From assembly GCA_049070185.1 (NCBI GenBank), contig JBLYTW010000002.1, forward strand, positions 86,260-110,259: a DNA stretch of 24,000 nt, written 5' to 3'. The translations under genes and the position numbers were made by a program. The stretch's first letter is position 1. Each line of letters starts with the position of its first letter. Of this stretch, positions 1 through 6,051 are shown piece after piece. The notes below the pieces were generated by a model, which worked only from the letters and a program-made list of their open reading frames with translations, did no database searches and was not told the DNA's origin. Source of the stretch: Mollicutes bacterium SLUWU-24 (lineage in GTDB: Bacteria; Bacillota_I; Bacilli_A; UBA3375).

Positions 1-203
1 TTTTTCAGTTCAGTTATTACTTCTTCACGACCAATTTCTTCACTAGCAGCAATTATTTTTTGTTGTTCGCTTTTAAAATTAGCAAACTCAGCTCTAAGTG
101 TTAAATAATCCGCTGCTTTTATTTCACGCTCTAATTTGTCGATTTCTAAATAATTAGCTTTTTCTTCTGCTAATAACTCAGCATATTTTTCATTATTTGT
201 CAT
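1..203 (-). CDS. GrpE-family protein, N-terminal part only (runs off the left window edge)
   Basis: ATG at 203..201 follows GGAGG with a 6-nt spacer. The translation is MTNNEKYAELLAEEKANYLEIDKLEREIKAADYLTLRAEFANFKSEQQKIIAASEEIGREEVITELK. It carries the GrpE long-helix signature (L-R-A-E-F-x-N-F-K). It is absent from the ORF track because it is truncated, and it overlaps the upstream ORF by 11 nt. Confidence 0.5.
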   Translation of the reverse strand, partial: MTNNEKYAELLAEEKANYLEIDKLEREIKAADYLTLRAEFANFKSEQQKIIAASEEIGREEVITELK

Positions 204-696
204 TAGCATCCTCCAAAGTATGACCTAAACCTTCTAATTTATTAATTAATGATTTATTAATCATTTCTAAACCTACTTTAAACTCTTCAGTTTCACTTGT
301 AAATTTCATTGCTCGTTCTAGATTATCAATAACATCTAGAAATTCATTAATTGATTTGATTTTTCCACTTACTTTTGCTTGTTTTCGTTCATTGAATGTA
401 CGAGTTTTAAAATTTGAAAATTCGTGTTTTAGTCGTTCTAACTTTTCACCATCTTCATTTTTTACTGATAATTGTTCGTTTAAATCTTTAATTCGACTTT
501 TCTGACCATTTACCTTAGCTCGCAAGATTTCAATATCTTCATCAGATTTTTCTTCAACCGCTTCTGCTTCAACTACTTCTTCAGTAACTTCTTGTTCTTC
601 ACTCTCTGTAGTTGATTCTTGTTCAGTTGTTTCTTCATCTGCATTTGAATTCAAGTCTTGTTCTAATTGTTCTTCATTAGTACCTTTATGCTCCAT
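193..696 (-). CDS. GrpE-like protein with an acidic N-terminus, lacking the C-terminal beta-domain
   Basis: 167 aa. GGAGG lies 7 nt upstream of the ATG. The segment LERLKHEFSNFKTRTFNERK...INEFLDVIDNLERAM...GLEMINKSLINKLEGLG aligns by eye to the GrpE coiled-coil and four-helix-bundle region (AEFENFRKR...LLPVLDNLERAL...G.EMI...L...GV). The protein stops just before the expected FDP..H.A beta-domain. Confidence 0.6.
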   Translation of the reverse strand: MEHKGTNEEQLEQDLNSNADEETTEQESTTESEEQEVTEEVVEAEAVEEKSDEDIEILRAKVNGQKSRIKDLNEQLSVKNEDGEKLERLKHEFSNFKTRTFNERKQAKVSGKIKSINEFLDVIDNLERAMKFTSETEEFKVGLEMINKSLINKLEGLGHTLEDANDK

Positions 697-1284
697 CTAG
701 ATACCTCCTAATATTTCTAAATACTGAATTAAGACGTTATATACCCTTAATTCTTTGGAATATGCAATAAGTTTTTCAACATCAGCATCATCACGTGCCA
801 AATAATTTTCAATAACTTCTCTTACCATTTGTAAATCGTATTTTGAACGATGTTTGATCATATCACAAACCGTTCGTTCAACATCATATATTTTAATCTT
901 ACGACCATTTTGGTCAATAACCTTTAGACCAATATCGTAAAATCTTGATGTTGTATAATAATAACAGAATAAATCATATGGTAATTTAGGTGGTTTTTGT
1001 TCCCGATCCAATGTTAATGTAATTTTTCCGGTTTCACCTGTTGTTAACTTATAATAATAAGCTGCTGATGATAAGGAAATAATTCCATTTTCAACAATTA
1101 CATTAATATCTGTTATTTGTAAATTATTTATATCACCTAATGTATAAACACCTTGGTATAATTTGGTAATTACTTCTTCCTTAATTAATTTTGAAATTTC
1201 GTAATTACTAATTCCCTGGGCATTTAAATCTTTTGTTCGGAAAATAATTCCTTGTGATGTTAAAATTTCTATTTGATTTCGCAT
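697..1284 (-). CDS. AbiEi-family (type IV toxin-antitoxin antitoxin-like) winged-helix transcriptional regulator
   Basis: The N-terminus, IEILTSQGIIFRTKDLNAQGISNYEISKLIKEEVITKLYQGVYTL, matches the AbiEi N-terminal wHTH pattern (G.v...el...Gis...l..l...G.l..v.rGvY.l). It is followed by IISLSSAAYYYKLT and a C-terminal DVERTVCDMI block. I prefer the ATG at 1284 (AGGTGG 5 nt upstream) over the track's GTG at 1305. The stop codon directly abuts the next ATG. Confidence 0.65.
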   Translation of the reverse strand: MRNQIEILTSQGIIFRTKDLNAQGISNYEISKLIKEEVITKLYQGVYTLGDINNLQITDINVIVENGIISLSSAAYYYKLTTGETGKITLTLDREQKPPKLPYDLFCYYYTTSRFYDIGLKVIDQNGRKIKIYDVERTVCDMIKHRSKYDLQMVREVIENYLARDDADVEKLIAYSKELRVYNVLIQYLEILGGI

Positions 1285-1293
1285 TTTCCCACC

Positions 1294-1334
1294 TTTGTAG
1301 AACACTTTTTATAAGTGCAGTAATTTTCTACAAA
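1294..1334. promoter_or_regulatory. Inverted repeat TTTGTAGAA-N23-TTCTACAAA with a nested CACTT-N5-AAGTG, lying between the -10 box and the RBS of the AbiEi-like gene; candidate operator
   Basis: The perfect 9-bp arms are at 1294..1302 and 1326..1334. The inner 5-bp arms are at 1303..1307 and 1313..1317. One outer arm overlaps the predicted transcription start and the other abuts the RBS. Confidence 0.45.
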
Positions 1335-1337
1335 TTA

Positions 1338-1366
1338 ATTATAATATATTTGCAAACAATTGTCAA
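1338..1366 (-). promoter_or_regulatory. Consensus sigma-A promoter for the AbiEi-like/GrpE-like operon
   Basis: On the minus strand the sequence reads TTGACA (1366..1361), a 17-nt spacer, then TATAAT (1343..1338). Both hexamers match the consensus perfectly. Confidence 0.7.
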
Positions 1367-1424
1367 TACATTTACTAAATTTTCCACACTTATTTTTTTT
1401 GTTATTTATTTTATCAAATAAAAA

Positions 1425-1454
1425 AATCTTAATCATTTTTAAATGATTAAGATT
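1425..1454 (-). terminator. Rho-independent terminator ending the ABC-F / membrane-protein transcription unit
   Basis: A perfect 14-bp inverted repeat, AATCTTAATCATTT/AAATGATTAAGATT, starts 3 nt after the stop codon at 1457. On the minus strand it is followed by a T-run (A-run 1418..1426 on the plus strand). Confidence 0.6.
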
Positions 1455-1456
1455 CT

Positions 1457-1582
1457 CTATCCTATTTCTTGTCTTATTGTTAATACTTCTGTGATTTTAT
1501 TTTCAAATTTCTCATTACGATGATATATAAAACCACTTACAATAAATAACATTATTAGTAATATTAATATTATTTTTTTCAT
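1457..1582 (-). CDS. Small (41 aa) membrane-anchored peptide, function unknown
   Basis: The ATG at 1582 has GGAG 7 nt upstream. The translation is MKKIILILLIMLFIVSGFIYHRNEKFENKITEVLTIRQEIG, with one hydrophobic helix. A terminator follows immediately. It is shorter than any ORF listed in the supplied track. Confidence 0.4.
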   Translation of the reverse strand: MKKIILILLIMLFIVSGFIYHRNEKFENKITEVLTIRQEIG

Positions 1583-1629
1583 CTTAACTCCTACTACTTT
1601 AAATCCCTCTTTAAATAATAGTTACAAAA

Positions 1630-2112
1630 TCAAAAATTGTCTAAACCGATTAATGCATATGGCTTTTCAAAATATTTACTATACACTAATACATAATTAT
1701 ATTTTTTATCACAATCTTTTTTACAAATTATATCTACTTCTTTTTTATCTTCACTATATTCAAAGTCATTGATGCTTCGATTAAAAGATTGACCATTAGT
1801 TAAATAAAATTCGTAATCTGTTGCTTTATCAAATATTATTTTATAATTATCTTCCGCAAATGATTCAATTGACTTTATTTTAACTTGTTCATTTGTAATT
1901 GGTTCACTATTAAATGGTGTATCAACAACAAACAAGTTTAATTGTTGATTTATTTCTTCATCCTTTGTGTTAATTACTTCACTTTCGCCATTAATCAAAG
2001 CTTTAACATCATCCGTCAGACCTATTTTAATCAAACCAATTTTAATTGAAAAGAATAAAATAACGATTCCCATTAATATTTTTAAAATATTTTTTTTATT
2101 CATACATTTCAT
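1630..2112 (-). CDS. Hypothetical protein with an N-terminal membrane anchor
   Basis: 160-aa ORF. Its hydrophobic N-terminus is ILKILMGIVILFFSIKIGLIKIGL. I recognise no family motif. It overlaps the ABC-F stop; an alternative ATG at 2103 would form the ATGAATAA overlap seen elsewhere in this window. Confidence 0.5.
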   Translation of the reverse strand: MKCMNKKNILKILMGIVILFFSIKIGLIKIGLTDDVKALINGESEVINTKDEEINQQLNLFVVDTPFNSEPITNEQVKIKSIESFAEDNYKIIFDKATDYEFYLTNGQSFNRSINDFEYSEDKKEVDIICKKDCDKKYNYVLVYSKYFEKPYALIGLDNF

Positions 2113-3715
2113 TAATCTTTGCTACAACTTTTTCATCTGCTAAAAATTCACTAAAAGTTCCGTCAAAAACAAATGCACCTTTTGGTGTTAATTCTATTAC
2201 CTTTGTTGCAATCGAATCAATAAAACTATAATCATGTGAACTAAATAATAATGAACCCGGGAATTTTTCAAGTGATTCATTTACTGATTGAATTGACTCT
2301 AAATCCAAGTGGTTTGTTGGTTGATCTAAAATAATTGTGTTTGCTTCTTCTAACATTAATTTTGCAAACATCATTCGCATTTTTTCTCCCCCACTTAAAA
2401 CATTAACTTTTTTCAAAGCATCATCACCTGAAAATAGCATTTTACCTAAAAATCCACGAATAAAACTTTCATCTTGTTCATTTGGTGAATATTTACGTAA
2501 CCAATCTACTAAGTTTTCTGCTAAATCTTCAAAGTATTTATTATTATCTTTTGGAAAATAAGCTTGCTCAACTGTAGTTCCCCATGTAAATTCACCACTA
2601 TCTGCTGTTAATTCAGCAGCTAAAATCTTAAATAAAGTTGTAATTGCTTGTTCATTACGTGATAAGAATACAACTTTATCTTCACCATTAATCGCAAATG
2701 AAATATCATTTAAAATTGTTTCACCATCTACTGCATAATTTAAATTTTCAACACTAATTACTTCTCGTCCAATATCACGTTTGATTGGTAAATGAATAAA
2801 TGGATATTTACGTGAAGAAGGTTTAATATCATCTAACGTAATTTTATCTAATGCTTTTTTTCGACTTGTTGCTTGCTTTGACTTTGAAGCATTTGCACTA
2901 AACCTTGCAATAAAGTCTTCTAATTCTTTAATTTTTTCTTCTTTTTTCGCATTTACATCACTCTTCATTTTTTGCGCAAGTTCACTTGATTCACGCCAGA
3001 AATCATAATTTCCGACAAATAAATTTGCTTCACCATAATCTATATCAACAATATGAGTACAAACATTATTTAAAAAGTGTCGATCGTGTGATACAACTAT
3101 AATTGTTTTATCAAAATCAATTAAAAAGTTTTCTAACCAATTAATTGCTTGGAAATCCAAGTGGTTTGTCGGCTCATCTAGAATTAAAATATCAGGATCT
3201 CCAAATAAACTTTGAGCTAATAATACTTTAACTTTATCGCCACCACTTAATTCAGCCATTTTTTTGGTATAATCTTTTTCTTCTAAATTTAAACCATTTA
3301 ATAATTTTTCAGCTTCACTTTCAGCTTCCCAACCATTTAAGTTGGCAAATTCTTCTTCTAATTCGGCTGCTTTATATCCATCTTCTTCAGTGAAATCTGC
3401 TTTTGCATATAGCTCATCACGTTCTTGCATTACTTCATACAATTCTTTGTACCCCATAATAACTGTTTGTAAAACACTAAATTCATCAAATGCAAAGTGA
3501 TCTTGTTTTAGAACTGACATTCGTGTGTTTGCATCTAAAACAACATTACCACTACTTGATTCATAATCTCCAGATAATACTTTTAAAAAGGTACTTTTTC
3601 CGGCTCCGTTTGCTCCAATTATCCCATAACAATTTCCCGGTGTAAACTTCAAGTTTACATTCTCAAATAACTTTTTATTTGGGAAAACAACTGATATATT
3701 ATTTGTTGTTAACAT
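2096..3715 (-). CDS. ABC-F family ATPase (two ATP-binding cassettes, no transmembrane domain; YbiT/YkpA-like size)
   Basis: 539 aa. NBD1 has Walker A GANGAGKST, signature LSGGDKVKV, Walker B ILILDEPTNHLD and the H-loop SHD. NBD2 has signature LSGGEKMRM and Walker-B-like IILDQPTNHLD, but a degenerate P-loop (FLSRNEQAITT). The RBS AAGGAG lies upstream. Confidence 0.9.
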   Translation of the reverse strand: MLTTNNISVVFPNKKLFENVNLKFTPGNCYGIIGANGAGKSTFLKVLSGDYESSSGNVVLDANTRMSVLKQDHFAFDEFSVLQTVIMGYKELYEVMQERDELYAKADFTEEDGYKAAELEEEFANLNGWEAESEAEKLLNGLNLEEKDYTKKMAELSGGDKVKVLLAQSLFGDPDILILDEPTNHLDFQAINWLENFLIDFDKTIIVVSHDRHFLNNVCTHIVDIDYGEANLFVGNYDFWRESSELAQKMKSDVNAKKEEKIKELEDFIARFSANASKSKQATSRKKALDKITLDDIKPSSRKYPFIHLPIKRDIGREVISVENLNYAVDGETILNDISFAINGEDKVVFLSRNEQAITTLFKILAAELTADSGEFTWGTTVEQAYFPKDNNKYFEDLAENLVDWLRKYSPNEQDESFIRGFLGKMLFSGDDALKKVNVLSGGEKMRMMFAKLMLEEANTIILDQPTNHLDLESIQSVNESLEKFPGSLLFSSHDYSFIDSIATKVIELTPKGAFVFDGTFSEFLADEKVVAKINEMYE

Positions 3716-3734
3716 TTTGCTCCTTTAAATTAAA

Positions 3735-3752
3735 AAGACCCGAACGGGTCTT
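3735..3752 (-). terminator. GC-rich hairpin terminator between the FNT stop and the ABC-F RBS
   Basis: The hairpin is AAGACCC-GAAC-GGGTCTT. On the minus strand it begins 6 nt after the FNT stop and is followed by TTTTTAATTT. T-runs flank it on both strands, so it may act bidirectionally. Confidence 0.7.
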
Positions 3753-3758
3753 AGTTTT

Positions 3759-4589
3759 TTATTCTGCTTTACGTGCATCATTAATAAATGCGTAATATAA
3801 ACCAATTAGTAATCCACCACCAATGTAGTTACCAAATAATACCCACGCTAAGTTTTGTACTGCTAATGCAACATCTAAATGATTTGTTTGGTGGAATAAA
3901 TCAAAGAAGAATGCAGTTGCAAATAATACTGTATTAGCTACTGAGTGTTCTAATCCTAAATACATAAAGATAAATACCCCAAATGCCATTACGATTACTT
4001 TAACAACATCATCTTTAATATTTCCAGAATATACCATTAACATCGAAACGTTAATAAAGAAGTTACAGAAAATAGCACGAATTACTAAATCAATAATGTT
4101 TCCATCTGCTACAAATGCCATTTTTACATCTAACGAGTGAACCATTACTTCTTCCATTCCTGGTGTAATGATTGTTGAAGCACCTACTAACATTCCGAAG
4201 AAAATTCCTCCAAGAATATTTCCAAAATAACAAAGTCCTAAAATTTTAAACATTGTTTTTGTTGAAATTTTTTGATAATAACGACCAACTGTTGTAATCA
4301 TCATATTTGAAGTTAATAATTCAGATTTTGTATAGTAAATTGAAACTAAACATAAACTGAAGAAAAATCCAGCTATTACTTTACCTGTTGGTTCATTTGC
4401 CGCACCAGCAAAATTAGCTGATAGTGCAAAATAAATTAAATAACCAAAAATTACTAAAACTGCTGCCATTGCTGCACGCATTAAATATTGAGGAACAATT
4501 TGAGATGTCATCTTTTCTTTAATTGCTGCATTTTCTAATGTTGTTTCAATAAATTTTTCTCCTAAAAAAACTTCTTTACTTTTTTTCAT
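3759..4589 (-). CDS. Formate/nitrite transporter (FNT) family channel
   Basis: The protein is polytopic and hydrophobic and carries the FNT hallmark GLEHSVAN. I prefer the ATG at 4589 (AAAGGGGA RBS) over the track's TTG at 4613. Confidence 0.85.
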   Translation of the reverse strand: MKKSKEVFLGEKFIETTLENAAIKEKMTSQIVPQYLMRAAMAAVLVIFGYLIYFALSANFAGAANEPTGKVIAGFFFSLCLVSIYYTKSELLTSNMMITTVGRYYQKISTKTMFKILGLCYFGNILGGIFFGMLVGASTIITPGMEEVMVHSLDVKMAFVADGNIIDLVIRAIFCNFFINVSMLMVYSGNIKDDVVKVIVMAFGVFIFMYLGLEHSVANTVLFATAFFFDLFHQTNHLDVALAVQNLAWVLFGNYIGGGLLIGLYYAFINDARKAE

Positions 4590-4600
4590 TTTTTCCCCTT

Positions 4601-5464
4601 TTATTTCAGCCAAATATCATACATTGATTGATAAACAAAAGCATTATGCTTACCAATTTTAATTGGCTGTAAAATTCCTTTTTCCACTAAATCTTTTAGG
4701 TATTTTTTACCTGTATTATAACTAATATCATTACTTTCAATAAAGCTTGAAATTGTAAATACTGTTTCTTTTGTCACATAATCTTCAATTCCTTTACTGT
4801 AATTAGCAAATAAAACTTTATTTTGTTCGATTAATTTTTGCGTATTACGAATTCGTTCATTATTTTTACGAATCTGACCATGTAATAATCGAATAAATAC
4901 GATTGGCCACTTTTCAACATTAATAACTGCTCCCGTGAATAATGGATAATTACTATTTACAACTTCGGCAAAAAACATTGTAAATGGTGTTTTCAATCTA
5001 TTTGATAAATATGCATTACACATTGCACTTGCAAATTCTGCACGATAATTATTATTCGGATAATTTGTATAAATTTCCTGATATAATTCAGCTGCATTAA
5101 CTAAAGAATCGATTTTTTCTTTGTCATATTTAGTAATATCATATAATTCATATAGTTCATAACCTAAACCACGTTGCATTTCACTTATAAACATTTGATT
5201 AAATGAGCGCAGCTTAATTCGTTCTTGCGTTTCATTAATTAAAACTTCATATTTACATGAACCGTTTAATATTTTACTTTCATAAAAATTAATTTTCTTC
5301 ATATTTTGATTTTTAATTTTTTGTGAATAGTACATCTCATTATCAAGAATTTGCTTCTTAATAATATCATTATGTTCGTACCATTCTAATGATCCATTTA
5401 ATCGTTCTACTTCTCTAATTGTTTTCATAAGTGATGTAATAAGCTCAACTGAAAATTTCATCAT
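4601..5464 (-). CDS. Fic-fold-like protein with a C-terminal winged helix and a degenerate catalytic motif
   Basis: The C-terminus, ISYNTGKKYLKDLVEKGILQPIKIGKHNAFVY, resembles the wHTH found at the end of Fic-family proteins. The N-terminal layout resembles Fic_N. Where HPFxDGNGRxxR is expected the sequence is HGQIRKNNERIR (4847..4882). I prefer the ATG at 5464 or 5461 next to AGGAG over the track's TTG at 5479. Confidence 0.45.
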   Translation of the reverse strand: MMKFSVELITSLMKTIREVERLNGSLEWYEHNDIIKKQILDNEMYYSQKIKNQNMKKINFYESKILNGSCKYEVLINETQERIKLRSFNQMFISEMQRGLGYELYELYDITKYDKEKIDSLVNAAELYQEIYTNYPNNNYRAEFASAMCNAYLSNRLKTPFTMFFAEVVNSNYPLFTGAVINVEKWPIVFIRLLHGQIRKNNERIRNTQKLIEQNKVLFANYSKGIEDYVTKETVFTISSFIESNDISYNTGKKYLKDLVEKGILQPIKIGKHNAFVYQSMYDIWLK

Positions 5465-5483
5465 ACTCCTATTATACAAGGAA

Positions 5484-5505
5484 AATCTAAGTATATACTT
5501 AGATT
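5484..5505. repeat. Perfect 22-bp palindrome AATCTAAGTAT|ATACTTAGATT between rpmG and the Fic-like gene
   Basis: I read the palindrome directly from the sequence. On the minus strand it is followed by TTTCCTTG and then TATAAT. It could be a weak terminator for rpsP-rpmG or an operator. Confidence 0.5.
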
Positions 5506-5510
5506 AACGC

Positions 5511-5663
5511 TTATTTTTTCTTTTCACGGTGCGTAGTTGATGTATTACACTTTGAACAATATTTTTTTAAATCAATACGCTCAGGGTGATTTTTTTTATT
5601 TTTACGAGTAATGTAATTTTCATTTTTACATTCTGTACATACTAATGTAATTACTTCTCCCAT
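5511..5663 (-). CDS. rpmG: 50S ribosomal protein L33
   Basis: 50 aa: [50 protein letters not shown]. This shows the classic L33 pattern (CxxC...NY...KN..N.P.R...KKYC..C...T.H.E.K). GGAGG lies 6 nt upstream. It is not listed in the supplied ORF track. Confidence 0.9.
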   Translation of the reverse strand: MGEVITLVCTECKNENYITRKNKKNHPERIDLKKYCSKCNTSTTHREKKK

Positions 5664-5694
5664 TATTGCCTCCTAATTAATAATATTTAATATA

Positions 5695-5961
5695 TTATTT
5701 TCTTTTTGATTCGTGAAATTTAGCCATAATTCCCTCTTTTGAGAATAAATTACGTACTGTATCAGTTGGTTGTGCACCATTTGATAACCATTCTAATGCT
5801 AATTCTTCATCAATTTTAACGACTGCAGGATTTTTTACTGCATCATAGAAACCTAATTCTGCGATTGCTTTTCCATCACGTTTTGAACTTGCATCAGCAA
5901 CAACAATACGATAGAAAGCTTGCTTTTTAGCTCCCATTCTTTTTAAACGAATTTTTACCAT
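5695..5961 (-). CDS. rpsP: 30S ribosomal protein S16
   Basis: The N-terminus is [30 protein letters not shown], which is canonical for S16. AAGGAG RBS. Confidence 0.95.
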   Translation of the reverse strand: MVKIRLKRMGAKKQAFYRIVVADASSKRDGKAIAELGFYDAVKNPAVVKIDEELALEWLSNGAQPTDTVRNLFSKEGIMAKFHESKRK

Positions 5962-5995
5962 TGTTTACTCCTTCATTTACTTTTTTTACCTTTAT

Positions 5996-6023
5996 AGTAT
6001 AACATATTATTTTCACATGTCAA
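5996..6023 (-). promoter_or_regulatory. Sigma-A promoter for rpsP-rpmG
   Basis: On the minus strand: TTGACA (6023..6018), a 16-nt spacer, then TGT-TATACT (extended -10, hexamer 6001..5996). Confidence 0.6.
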
Positions 6024-6029
6024 GTGTTT

Positions 6030-6051
6030 GGTTAACTTTTTTTGGTTAACC
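6030..6051. terminator. Hairpin GGTTAAC-N8-GTTAACC abutting the DegV stop; possible operon boundary
   Basis: The 7-bp stem is built from two GGTTAAC(C) palindromic units. The T-tract follows the hairpin only on the plus strand. On the coding (minus) strand there is no U-tract, so terminator function is uncertain. Confidence 0.3.

Noticed and set aside
193-203. The two GrpE-like ORFs might be one grpE gene broken by a frameshift (a pseudogene).
   Set aside because: Downstream of the stop at 193 the other two frames close within a few codons. The open frame does not continue into a beta-domain. It restarts at a GrpE N-terminal-type coiled coil with its own strong RBS. This pattern fits a tandem paralogue and not a simple frameshift. 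Sequencing error cannot be excluded from the sequence alone.
1303-1317. A CIRCE-like heat-shock operator (GCACTT-N5-AAGTG) upstream of the GrpE-like genes.
   Set aside because: CIRCE is TTAGCACTC-N9-GAGTGCTAA. Here the flanking TTA/TAA bases, the arm length and the spacing do not match, so only a 5-bp core resembles it. I therefore treat it as part of the larger inverted repeat and not as CIRCE.
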